NCBI GenBank assembly: GCA_030390025.1
Contig: CM059431.1
Location: forward strand, 108,316,001-108,380,000
Direction: 5' to 3'
Source of the DNA: Squalus acanthias
Taxonomy: Eukaryota
Length of the DNA stretch: 64,000 nt
This document shows positions 38,030-49,766 of this stretch, piece by piece. A program made the translations under genes and the position numbers. Position 1 is the stretch's first letter. The number at the start of each line of letters is the position of its first letter. The notes under the pieces are model-generated. The model ran no database searches. It saw nothing but the letters and a program-made list of their open reading frames with translations, and had not been told where the DNA came from.

Positions 38030-38645
38030 ATACTGTGGCAACAAGAGCACGTCAGAGGCTAGGTATTCTGTGGCGAGTGTCTCACCTCCTGACACCCAAA
38101 GCCTTTCCACCATCTACAAGGCACAAATAAGGAGTGTGATGAATACTCTCCACTTGCCTGGATGAGTGCAGCTCCAACAACACTCAAGAAGCTCGACACC
38201 ATCCAGGACAAAGCAGCCCACTTGATTGGCACCCCGTCCATTACCTTAAACATTCACTCCCTCCACCACCGGTGCACCGTGGCTGCAGTGTGTACCATCT
38301 ACAAGATGCACTGCAGCAACTCGCCAAGGCTTCTTTGGCAGCACCTCCCAAACCCGCAACCTCCACCATCTAGAAGGACAAGGGCAGCAGGCGCATGGGA
38401 ACACCACCACCTCCAAGTTCCCCTCCAAGTCACACACCATCCTGATTTGGAAATATATCGCTGATCCTTCATCGTCGCTGGGTCAAAATCCTGGAACTCC
38501 CTCCCTAACAGCACCGTGGGAATACCTTCGCCACACAGACTGCAGCGGTTCAAGAAGGCGGCTCACCACCACCTTCTCAAGAGCAATTAGGGATGGGCAA
38601 TAAATGCTGGATTTGCCAGCGATGGCCACATCCCATAAAATAAAA
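38030..38645 (+). mobile_element. LINE ORF2 C-terminus and 3' UTR fragment (CR1/L2/Jockey group)
   Basis: TIYKAQIRSVM..SPLAWMSAAPTTLKKLDTIQDKAAHLI..LHHRCTVAAVCTIYK. The tail is shared with the SINEs at 51425 and 60570. Confidence 0.8.
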
Positions 38646-39483
38646 AAAAAGAATAATTGCAGGGCAGCATATTCATACAGCAGCAGCAACTGTTAAAGGG
38701 CTGCCGCTGTCATTTAAAGGAGTTGCCTTGTCATTTGCCAAATGAAATGTATTTTTTCTCTACAACTGTTGGAGTCTGATTGCTGTAGAACTATCTCTTT
38801 TGAGCACTCTTCCTTACAGGTGCTTCTGGTTACAGGTGCAGGAAAGGAAGGTTGGTCTCTTTATAGCAAAGGGGCCCAAAGGATCAACACTGTCTTGCAT
38901 GTTTCGGATTATGTTCCAAAAAAGGGAAGATTGCCACGGTGAGGTTGTATAGCATTTGCCTGCGCAACGTATGTTACCATCTTATGCATGCCCCTTAATA
39001 TGGAACAGCTTGGTTGAGGCCACAAGCAAAGCACTCAACCAAGTTTTCAGCATTTTTACTTATGTACTTGTATGCCCATTTATCTTCAGGGCAAACATTG
39101 GAGCTGGAAATTAAATATGCACCTCTCGTTGCACTTAAATCTTTAAAGTTGTGTCTACAAAGTGAGCTTTCAACTAAACAGTGGTGCATGATGCAGATTC
39201 ATTTGTTCACACAAATAATGAGATGCAGGTTGTGCCTTTGGATATCAGTGCCTGTACACCGGAGGAGAGTTACAAGAATGAATCCTAGCTTAAAAACCCT
39301 CAGCTACTCAGATCGTCTCAAGGACCTTGGTCTAATTACTTTAGAGCAGCATTTGACTTCGAGGTGACCTGATAGAGGTCTATAAAACCATTAAAGGGCT
39401 GGATAGCGTCCTTATTGATAAGTTATTCCAGTTTTACAGATTGAGGGGGACCAGGGGACATGTGCTTAAACTATGTAAGAGTA

Positions 39484-39834
39484 ATGTGAGAAGTCGCACA
39501 ACACCAGGTTATAGTCCAACAGCTTTATTTGAAATCACAAGCTTTTGGAGCGCTGCTCCTTCGTCAGGTGAAGTGAAGAGATACATATAGACACAGCATA
39601 TATAGTCAGAGAACACTGCCAGATGATTGCAGTTAATCTTTCCTTTAACTGTAGTCGTCTGGCAGTGTTCTCTGACTATATATGCTGTGCCTATATGCAT
39701 CTCTTCACTTCACCTGATGAAGGAGCAGCGCTCCGAAAGCTTGTGATTTCAAATAAAGCTGTTGGACTATAACCTGGTGTTGTGCGACTTCTCACATTTG
39801 TCCACCCCAGTCCAACACCGGCATCTCCACATCA
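39484..39834. mobile_element. Palindromic Penelope-like inverted-pLTR element (copy A) inserted in a CR1 fragment
   Basis: 153-bp inverted arms (39484-39636 / 39645-39797) with an 8-nt loop and a 37-nt extension. The 12-bp TSD TATGTAAGAGTA lies at 39472-39483 and 39835-39846. Confidence 0.8.
39710..39746 (+). ncRNA. Minimal type-I hammerhead ribozyme motif
   Basis: tcac-CTGATGA-a-GGAGC-agc-GCTCC-GAAA-gc-tt-gtga: helix I tcac/gtga, 5-bp helix II and palindromic AGCT helix III. Confidence 0.8.
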
Positions 39835-40835
39835 TATGTAAGAGTAGGAATAGACCGGATGTTGGGCTGTTCTTCTTGTCCCTGAGAGCAGTGAACCTTT
39901 GGAATGCGTTGGCAGCTGGTGTGGTGGGTGCTGATCTCTATATTGCCAGCAAAAGGGTGCTGGACTGGTTTTTGACTGGGACAAAGGGAAGAAGTCTTTA
40001 GTCATCATGGTAGTCATCTGGCCATCATGGTGTGGGGCAGGCTTGATGGACCAGCTGGTCTTTACCTGTCTGTCAATTTTCTGTGCTTGCATGTTTACCA
40101 TCTCTACACTTCGTATGTGCTTGCAGGACAAGGCTCCACAAAACAGGTGTGACCAATGATGTACCAGAGAAAGGCCCCACAATTGCCACCTCTTAAGTTA
40201 TTATTGAGTCAAAATCCTTGAATTTTCTTAAAATTGTCTGGCCAGAATCCACAGAAGGGATGAGAGAGACTGGGTGGCCAGAGGCCATTAATATCCTTTG
40301 CTTATTATTCTTTATCCAGGTATCACGCACTCACTAACATGCAGTAACACATTGCATCACAGCACACATACCAGAAGGACATTCAGAGAATATACGTGAT
40401 AGAATGTTAAGTACACCTGCATAAGTCCAGCTGTGCCCAAACATACCCAATCAGAGAATCATAGACATTTACGGCAAAGAAGGAGGCCATTCGGCCCATT
40501 GTGTCCGTGCCAGTAGGAATCATCCACAGCAAAACTGTGTGGTACATTTTTCATAAGAACATAAGAAATAGGAGCAGGAGTAGGCCAATTGGCCCCTCGG
40601 TCTTTTTAAACCTTCTTATCTAAGATTATTTCAGCTCCCATCCCTTAGATCAGTTTTGACATCTTTGACAGCCTATCATTGCCTTGTGGTTGAAATAATC
40701 TTTCAGTAATGCGCCTGAGAAAATAAACAGCAAACCATGTTTGGTAATTATTCTATTTTATGGCGCCATGAGAGCTCACTTCAGTCTTCAAACAGTAGAC
40801 CATCACAAGATCTTGTTTTTTTAAGTTAGCAATTG

Positions 40836-41166
40836 AAAATCATGAAGGATTTTGATAGAGAGTAAATAAGGAGAAACTGTTTCCAATAGAAGAACGTTTG
40901 GTAACCAGAGGACACAGATTTAAGGTAATTGGAAAAAGAGCCAGTGGGGAGATGAGGAGAAATTTTTTTATGCAGTGAGTTGTTATGATCTGGAATGCGC
41001 TGCCCGAAAGGGTGGTGGAAACAAATTCAATAATAACTTTCAAAGGCAATTAGATAAATACTTGAGGGGGAAAAATTTGCAGGACTATGGGGAAAGGGCG
41101 GGGGAGTGGGACAAATTGGATAGCTCTTTCAAAGAAATGGTCTCCTTCTATGTTGGAAGATTCTAT
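40836..41166 (+). mobile_element. CR1 3' fragment whose tail is split by the block at 41167-44856
   Basis: KIMKDF..NKEKLFP..TRGHRFKVIGKR. The tail ttctat resumes at 44857 as tatgattctatg. Confidence 0.75.
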
Positions 41167-41848
41167 GAGGGAACAATTCGGTTGCTTTGTGCCTCCCATC
41201 AGCGCCCTATGAGGGCCCTAATGGGGCGCAAAGCAACTAGCACCAGCGCGCGGCGCCACAAACGCCTCCCGCGAAATTCAGCAGGGAGGTTAGCGGCGGC
41301 GGTAACCGGTAGCGCCCCGCGGCGCTGTGCCTCTGGCGATCACGTCATTGCCGTGCGCAGCGCCCTGCTCGTGCCCCGGCCGTGATCTTCAGTAGCGCCC
41401 CCTGACTTACCGCCGGACGCTATGTCCGAAAGGGTCAGGGGGGCGTACGTGGAGTCGGGGTGGCGATATTTAAAGGGATGGTGTCGGGCGGCCATTTTTG
41501 TTGCTGGTCGCCTGCCAGCACCTGCCCCCATTGCCGTTCCCGGCCTCCTGTGCAGCACCCCCCGTGGGGTGCTGGCTGCGCTCCGTGAGCCCGGCACTCC
41601 TCTTGAGTGCTGGGCTCTTTTGGCGGCACTCTGATCCCTGGTGGCCCAGCTGGGCCCTGGATCGTGCTACGCTAGGCCCCTCCCCTTTAACAAGGGGAGG
41701 AAGGCCTGCAGTAATGCGGCCATGTAGCGCCGCAATATTCACTGGAGTATTAGGAAAAGGAAGAGTAAGGCTTTTTAGTTTCACATGGGTGCGCAATAAA
41801 ACGTTATGTTGTTAAGTTTCTGTTGTTTACTTAAAGCACATAAATATT

Positions 41849-42591
41849 GGGCCGAAAATTCATCCCGGTGCGCGAGAGTATGCACTGCGTACTCTCGCGT
41901 ATTCCCACTCCAATTGCCGGTTTTCTGCATGCCCTGCGCATGCGCTGAAAACCGGCAATTGCTCTTTTGAAAAGGGGGCGGTTCCTCGGTGCATCGCGTG
42001 CGCGCTACAGGCTGCGCGCACGCTGTGCACTTCATGCTTTGGACGCGCAAGTAAGTACGGAAGATTTTGGAAATGGAAAAAGGAGGAGTAAGACCCACTT
42101 TTAACAAGGTAAGTAGTGAATTAAGTATTTTTTTGAATTTTTTTTAACAGGTATATCTTTTTTAGAGACTTTAAAGACAGGTAAGTTTATTTTTATAACT
42201 TTTTAAAAGATTTTAAATTTTTTCAAAAATTTAATTTTTTATTTAAAATGGTTAATTTATTTAACTATACTTATTTTATTAATGTGATGGTTTTTTTTTA
42301 AATTTAATTGAGGTTTAGCTGTTATTTTGGGGGGGTGTAAGATTCATAGATTTCACAGCACGTATGTGAAACTTATGAATGGAAGATGGTGTGCTGCCAT
42401 TGGCTCTAACTGAGTCATGTGATCCCACAGCTCGCACAAATTCACTACTCCGCTGGGATACGCAAGCACTGCCCAGCTGATGTCTGGAACATCAAGTTCG
42501 TGCGAGCTGGATCTGAAAAAGCACAAGCGAGGTGAGAGATCGCGGGGAAGCCTTACCCCCGCGGGAACAGAGCGAGATGAATTTCTGGGCC
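41849..42591. mobile_element. Harbinger-type MITE
   Basis: TIRs gggccgaaaattcatc / gatgaatttctgggcc (13/16 match) and TSD ATT/ATT. It is near-identical to 13459-14159. Confidence 0.9.
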
Positions 42592-42828
42592 ATTATTCTT
42601 TTGCACCACTTTCCTCTCTTGCCCATTCTTGGTTGCTGGGTGGCAAGTCACCTTTTAAGTTGTTTGATGATGAATGGGAAGACATGAATTGACGGGGACC
42701 AATGGGGGGATGTTCAAGGGGTGGTTGGTTGATTGCAGGACTGCTTTGTGTCAGTGACATTGGGTGGGAGGGGGCGCGGTAAAGAGTAGCCATTGTATGT
42801 GCTTGTGTCATGGGTCCACTGGGGCAAC

Positions 42829-44430
42829 CTAAGTGAACTTTGCATTAATAAGGGTATCCCTGGCATCCAGGGCAGAAGAAATGTGAGCAGCTGGTGGTGC
42901 ATTGCCCTCATCACCTTCCTCCTCCTCCTCCTCCTCGGAATCATCCGAAGAGAATCTGAGCTCTTTGCCTTGTTCCTCCTGCAGGTTCAAACCTCGCTGC
43001 TGCGCAGCACACCATGACCATTCTGGACACCCTGGCTGGTGTGTACTGAAGGGCACCTCCAGATCTGTCTAGGTGCCTGAAGCACATCTTCAGTATGCCG
43101 ATGGCTTGTTCGATCACACATCTGCTGGTCATATGGCAATCATTGTAGTGCTGTTGGGCTTCATTGGTTGGGTTTCTGACAGGTGTCATCAGCCAATTTT
43201 GAAGTGGGCATCCCTTGTCTCCTAGCAGCCACCCCTTAAGTCTGCTTGCAGGTCTGAAGACGCCAGGGAGCTTGGACTGCCGCAGGACGAAAGCATCATG
43301 GCAGCTCCCCGGGAATCGCTCGCACAACTGCAGAAATATCTTTTTGTGGTTGCACACCAGCTGCACATTGATGGAGTGGAAGATATGGGGTTGATGAATG
43401 CTCCTGGTTGTTCTGGGGTTCCCGGATTCCCACATGTATGCAGTCAATGACACCCTGCACCTGTGGGAAGCTAGCCAGAGCTGCAAACCTGAGTGCCCTC
43501 TCATTCCGACTGGCGTCATTGCAGGCGAAGTTGATATAATTGCCGGCCCTGGCAAACAAGCCATCAATTATCTGTCTTATGCGTTTGTGGGCCACCAACT
43601 GGGAGATTCTAGATATGTTTCTGGCAGAGCCCTGGAAGGATCTGGAGGCAAAAAAGCTGAGGGTGGTTGTGACTTTGAGAGCCACTGGTAACACATAGCC
43701 AACAGGTCCAGCAGACAGCAGGTCTTCTTCTAGAAGGCTGCAGATGTCTGCCATCACCTGATGCGACAACCTGAGCCTCCTGAAGCACTGCTGTTCCGAC
43801 ATGTCATGGAAATTTAGCCTCTGCCTGTAAGACCCTGTTTCGCGGATAGTGCCTCCCGCGAGCTGCTCCCCTGTCTGCAGCTCCTCTCTCTGCTGCTCCC
43901 CTCTCTGCTGCTCCCTTGTCTACAGCTCCTCTCTGTGCTGCTCCCCTGTCTACAGCTCCTCTCTGTGCTGCTCCCCTGTCTGCAGCTCCTCTCTGTGCTG
44001 CTCCCCTGTCTACAGCTCCTCTCTGTGCAGCACCTCTCTGTGTAGCTCCTCTCTGTGCAGCTCCCCTCTCTGCTGCTCCCCTGTCTGCAGCTCCTCTCTG
44101 TGCAGCACCTCTCTGTGCAGCTCCCCTCTCTGCTGCTCCCCTGTCTACAGCTCCTCTCTGTGCAGCTCCTCTCTGTGCAGCTCCCCTCTCTGCTGCTCCC
44201 CTGTCTGCAGCTCCTCTCTGTGCAGCTCCTCTATGTGCAGCTCCCCTCTCTGCTGCTCCCCTGTCTGCAGCTCCTCTCTGTGCAGCACCTCTCTGTGTAG
44301 CTCCTCTCTGTGCAGCTCCCCTCTCTGCTGCTGCCCAGCTACAGGTCTCTGAACAGCAGGCTGGTGCTGGTCATGTTGTTCCTTGTCCGAGGTCCAATCT
44401 AAGGCAGCCAAAGTGCCACCAATTCTGATG
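42829..44430 (-). pseudogene. Harbinger transposase pseudogene
   Basis: MSEQQCFRRLRLS, FPQVQGVIDCIHV, HSINVQLVCNH, PGSCHDAFVL, WLLGDKG and RCVIEQAIGILK are spread over shifted frames. Confidence 0.9.
43862..44340. repeat. 15-bp-unit minisatellite in the 5' coding region of the transposase pseudogene
   Basis: Variants of ctcctctctgtgcag, ctcccctctctgctg and ctcccctgtctgcag. Confidence 0.95.
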
Positions 44431-46585
44431 AGATTGAGAAAACCTCCAAAGTGCAGAAAGTAACCTCTCAGCAAAGCTGCTGTGAACAAAGCCTTTCCCA
44501 CCAGCAGGTAAGAAAGCAGCTGTGAGTGCTGCGTATTTATTGGCACATTTCCATGAGATTGATTCAGCCCCCTCAGTTGCCGCTGTGTTCTCGCCTTGCC
44601 TTCACTGGCAAGTTTCAGGAAGCTCGGGAAACCCATTGGATGCGGCATTAAATTTAAAAATCAGTTGAAATATCGCTGTAATTGAGCAATTAACAGATGT
44701 AAATAGGCAACCCGCCATTCCCGAGGGAGTTGCGCTCGAGTTAAACGCGGAATTTCCCGGGTTGGAGCCGGCTTCCTGACGCGCTGACATTTTTGTCGGT
44801 ATTAACCCCCCCATCGCACCTAAACCCACGTGCTCCTCCAGATTAAAATCCCCCCCTATGATTCTATGAATTTATTTCAGCAAACATTAGACAAATGAAC
44901 AATTTAACAATGATATATATTTACAGTAGAAAGTCTTTTATCTAACTCCTCAAGTAGACAAAATAAGAGTCACAATAAAATGGTTAGCTCTTCTTTTCAT
45001 GAATAGCATTTATAAATGGAGTCCTTTTCCTTCTAATAATCTTTTGTGACTACAGGAGTTTGCTAGTCAACCTTATCTTTTCCTGTGAAGTTTCCAATTG
45101 GCTTAATTGCCTTCTGAGAACTGTATGAACAGCTTCAGCCACTTAGGTATCCTTTCACTAGTTGCCATGACGTTTTCATAACTGACAATCAGATTCAAGA
45201 TAATTGGTTGTCATCCATTTAACTAAATAAATGACACCATTTTGTTCTTGTTCAAAGTTAGCTTGGTTCCCCCTCACAGGTTTACAGTTTGAAAGCCAGT
45301 TTGAAGCAGCCTTGCTACATATTATCACAGTAAGCTCGGTACAGGGATCTGAAATCACAATCATTATTTTAAAAATCTGTTTATGTACAGTGCATGGATT
45401 TAAAGGGACAGCCACTAACTAAAACTAGACAAAAGCACATGGCCGTATGGTAGCTGGAGCAGCTTCTTTAGGAGTGTCACCAGGCAACAAAGGAGCAAAT
45501 CCGCCTGGTGAGGACGAAGAAGATCCAGCCTTCATTTGTACTCATGACAGGTGAGAAACATTGTTGGAAGGACTGTTGTCAGCCTCAGGTCTGGCAAAAT
45601 AACCAGAGAGGAGATGAGGAAAATGGTTTTTTTCAAAAGAGGATTGGGTATATGTTTGAAATGGAAACATTTGCAGGGCTATAGGGAAAGCGCAGTAGGA
45701 TTGGACGAATTGGACAGCTCTTTCAAAGAGCCAGCACAGGCACGACAGGCCGAATGGACTCCTTCTGTGCTGTGAGATTCTATGATTCAAAGTGATTGCG
45801 GTTGTTGCAAAAATGAGAATAACCTGACATATTCAGCATTATTTCAATTGGATTGCAATAAAAATATTAAAACGATACCACCCAGCCACAATATCCACCT
45901 AGAAAATTTCTGATCAGGTCAAAGATAATCATGGTGCCCTTGTTCAAAGTTGGATGCAATAACAGCGCTAGAATTGATTTTCTGACCATTGGGATCAATC
46001 CCGCCAGCGCCATAAGAATAGAGAGACCAGGATACGGCATGACGTGCAATTTTATCAATTTACACATTGTGATATTTTCTAGCCGGTAAGCCGTCATAAA
46101 ATGTTATCGCACAAAATGTGTGACAGCTTTATTTCCATAGTCAATTTTGTGAGATTGAGCTGTCATTCAGCTTCCTGAGTTTTAATCCTGGATCACGTTG
46201 TGTGCTGATTCTGCCCGTATCAAGTTAATGTTCAAGGCCAGTCAAATTCTGGCCCTTCAGCATGTCGAATCATAGGGCTAAAAATTCGATTGCCTCCCGT
46301 AAACGGTTGCTGGGATCGCGATGCAGAATCAACCCACGCCCGTTCAAAGTAATGCAGGCAGTACGCAAACTTTGTGCTGCCTGCTAATTAGAATGATTGT
46401 GGTGTGCAGCCCAGCTGCTGAGTGGCTGCAGCAGGGGGCCCAAGTCTGTGCGAGGCTAGCACAAATTAAAGCTAGCCTGCACTTCTTAAAGCCAGTCTGC
46501 ACCTCTTAAAGGGGTGGTGCAGTTTGACGAGAGCAGGTGCTGAAAGTCATTCCAGAAGTGAGTTTGACCTGTGAAAGACACTGGA

Positions 46586-48168
46586 ATGACACAACATGCA
46601 AAAAAGCGGGCTCCAAAGTTCTCCAATGCAGCATTGGAGGCCTGGGTACAGGAAGCGGACAGGAGAAGAGAGGTCCTGAATCCGCAGGGGCCAAAAAGCC
46701 CTCCAGACAGACACTGCAAAGGCAGTGGGAGCAGAAGCCATGGAGGTCAATGCCAGCAGTGTTGCCCCGAGGACTTGGATGCATTGCCGAAAGAAGTTCA
46801 ATTACCTCACACAAGTGGCCAAGGTCAGTGAATGCATCTTCAAATGCCATATCCCACCAACTGCACCACTAGCCTCACACACTGCTCAATGCACCACACC
46901 CCCATCACTAACCTACCAACAATCTCTATCAATCATGACTCATACCTCACGTTCATATGCTCCGCCTTACTCTCACACACTTAGCACTGCTCCAAGCTTC
47001 ACACCCACATCTCACAGCTTGCACATACTGCCAGCTATTCAACCATGACAGGCATATCACCCAAACACATTGCACCACACTCGCTGACAAACTTCCCTCT
47101 TTCTTGCAGGACAAGATGGCGCACAACTGCAAGCAGCAGCAGCTAACCAGAGGGGGACAGGCGTCCCTGCATATCCTAACCCCAATGGAGGAGACAGTAC
47201 TGGCCATTATTGGAGCGGCTGTGACTAAGGCCCTGGCCAGCGGCGGGGCTGAAACCATTGAAGATGACTGTATGTTCATACCTAATCCTCCTTCTCGCAT
47301 CCCACTTCCCCCTCATCCCACAATCTCTTCTGATTTACAAGCTGCACATGGTGTAGGACCTACAGAAGAACGCTGATGGGTATACACAATGAAAAGCTTG
47401 GTGCATTGGCAGGCCTGCCAGAGATCCTGAATGCAATGCAAGGAGCATGGAGGAGTCTGGCACCAACCTTGCACAGGGCTTTTTGCAGAGCTTGGAACCC
47501 ATCCTTTCCAGCATGGAAGTGGTGGGCAAATCCATTAGCGCACTTGTGGACCCAACTATGATGCAGCGTCTGATGGCCGTTGTCTCAGCTTCCATTACAG
47601 CACAAGCAGAAGCCACCCAATGTCTGAGTGCTCCAGTGCAAGCTCAGACTGAAGTCATGCAAGCTCAGCTTTTTGCCACGCCAGCAGAGACTGCTGCCAC
47701 ACAAGCACAGACTGCTGCCATCATGGCTATGTTTACCAATGTTGAAAAGGGCCTGCAGGGTGTCACAGCGGTCCAGCAATCTGTCCTCCAACAGATTACT
47801 AGAATTGCTAAGGCGCGTCCAGGGGGAGTGGCAGTGGCACCGTGGAGCACGAACCTGCTGTCCTCTCTCAGGTTGACAGCATTCGTCCTCCCACCACTGC
47901 CACTCCACCAGTGCCCTAGCTTTTGCCTGTCAGTCAGTCAGGCTTGACTGCTGCCGCCCATGCCGAGATGGTGCAGTCTGAAGCTGGGCCTTGTAGGCCC
48001 AGAGATGCTCGAGGTCGACCTGCAAGGCCATCTGCAGTCTCCCCTACTGAGAGTCAGCAGCCTTCCACCAGCCATGCGGCAGCCACTGGGGTAGCACTGC
48101 GTAGGAGCACTAGGACAGGCAAAGACAAACGGAAAACAGGCGATAAGGGAATGCACAAGGGTGGTTAA
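46586..48168 (+). pseudogene. Harbinger Myb/SANT pseudogene (multi-exon)
   Basis: KRAPKFSNAALEAWVQE..RTWMHCRKKFNYLTQVAK|gtcagt, then ttcttgcag|DKMAHNC..TRGG. The C-terminus AAAHAEMVQSEAGP..LRRSTR matches the young copy. Frameshifted. Confidence 0.85.
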
Positions 48169-48537
48169 TTGACTTTGGAATGTAATATTGGATGGTTTGA
48201 TTTATAAATCTGGTTTGGTATGTTTGTTTTGTGGTGGCTTTTATTGTAACATTGTGGCCAAGAGGACGCTGTGATGGTCAGTAACAGAGGGAGTTAAGGT
48301 GTGGGTGAATGGGGAATTGGGGTTGTGTTCACTGCTACTGCAGTCGAATGAGTCAATCATGGACAGCCCGGCCAGAAAGAGGCTGTGTTGGTTGCCTCCC
48401 CCTCCTCTTCTTCCTCTTCCTCTTCCTCCACCTCAGCTCTTCACCGTATACATGGTGGCATTGGTTGTGCCCTCATGATAGCGAGGTTGTGGAGCATGCA
48501 ACAGACCACAATGAATCTTGAGACACGCTCTAGCGAG

Positions 48538-48720
48538 CAACATTCCCTATAAACTGCACGGCTGCTCTCCTCTCTGCCAGTCCCGCTCTCCTCTCTGCCG
48601 GGCCCGCACAGCCCGGGACCGACTTTTGCAATGTTGAAGATTGCGCATGCAGGAATCTGTGAATGGGCCGTGCAGCCCCTTAAAGGGAACGCGCACCCAA
48701 AAAAAATTATGGGAACATTG
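48538..48720. mobile_element. hAT-type MITE (183 bp)
   Basis: Termini caacattccctataa / ttatgggaacattg with 8-bp flanks CTAGCGAG / CTGGCAAG (6/8). It splits transposase coding sequence. Confidence 0.6.
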
Positions 48721-49443
48721 CTGGCAAGTAATGCAGGGCCCCTCCAGAATGGTCCAGGCCATGGAAGCGTTGTTTAAGGACTCCAATGGTCAGCTCTGCT
48801 CTATCAGATTCCTTGTGGCAGCATGGCTTTCATCATATGAATGCTGCCCACGTGTGCTTGTGTTCTGCACCGGAGTCATAAGCCAGGTGGTCAGCAGACA
48901 GCCCTTGTCACCCAGGAGCCACCCTCTGGCTAGTTGTGGTGGCTCAAATGTGGACGGTACAGTGGACTGCCGCAGAATGAAGGCATCATGGCTGCTGCCA
49001 GGATTGTGCTGCCTGTGGTCACACACCAGCTGGACATTGAGGGAACGGAATCCCTTCTGGTTGGAGTACATCTCCGAATTCACGTGCGGTGCCCGGAAAA
49101 CGACATGTGTGCAGTCAATGGCGCCCTGCACCACGGGGAAGCATGCTATCCTGGCGAAGCCGCGTGCTCACTCTGCCTGCTTCTCTCTGGCAAGAGAGAA
49201 TGAAATGTATTCACCTCTCTTTGCATACAGAGCCTCAGTGGACACCCTTATGCAACAGTGCACGGCGAACTGAGAGATATTGGAAATATCGCCTGTTCCA
49301 GCCTGGAAGGAGCCCGACGCATAAAAGTTCATGGCCACCCTTGCCTTGACAGCCACTGTGCGGAGATGCCGGTGTTGGACTGGGGTGGACAAAAGTGAGA
49401 AGTCGCACAACACCAGGTTATAGTCCAACAGCTTTATTTGAAA

Positions 49444-49481
49444 TCACAAGCTTTCGGAGCGGCTGCTCCTTCGTCAGGTGA
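49444..49481 (-). ncRNA. Minimal type-I hammerhead ribozyme motif
   Basis: Reverse complement reads tcac-CTGACGA-a-GGAGC-agcc-GCTCC-GAAA-gc-tt-gtga, with an intact core. Confidence 0.8.
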
Positions 49482-49728
49482 AGTGAAGAAATACAAATGG
49501 GCACAGCATATATAGACAGAGAACAATGCCAGACGACTACAGTTAATCTTTCTAACTGCCTTTTATCACACCTCGGCAGAGAGACAATCACGGCAATCAA
49601 ACATTACATCAAAGACGATAGCAAAATACAACAAAGACAATGAGGTGGGGTCACAAGGGATCTAATGTGTCAGATGCTCTCTGTTGATCTCTGACTATAT
49701 ATGCTGTGCCCATTTGTATTTCTTCACT

Positions 49729-49766
49729 TCACCTGACGAAGGAGCAGCCGCTCCGAAAGCTTGTGA
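49729..49766 (+). ncRNA. Minimal type-I hammerhead ribozyme motif
   Basis: tcac-CTGACGA-a-GGAGC-agcc-GCTCC-GAAA-gc-tt-gtga, with an intact core. Confidence 0.8.

Larger units (their letters stand above)
41167..44856. mobile_element. Decayed or composite Harbinger element (transposase only) with a nested MITE
   Basis: Flanked by TAT/TAT within a CR1 tail. The left ~600 bp resembles the left end of 33401-37603, and the right end is ttaaaatccccccc. Confidence 0.6.

Noticed and set aside
39535..39571. Functional minus-strand hammerhead in copy A
   Set aside because: The conserved GAAA is mutated to AAAA, so it is predicted inactive.
43849..44428. Cys/Ser-rich keratin-associated-like and Ala/Pro-rich ORFs on the + strand
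   Set aside because: These are read-throughs of a 15-bp minisatellite lying antisense within a transposase pseudogene.
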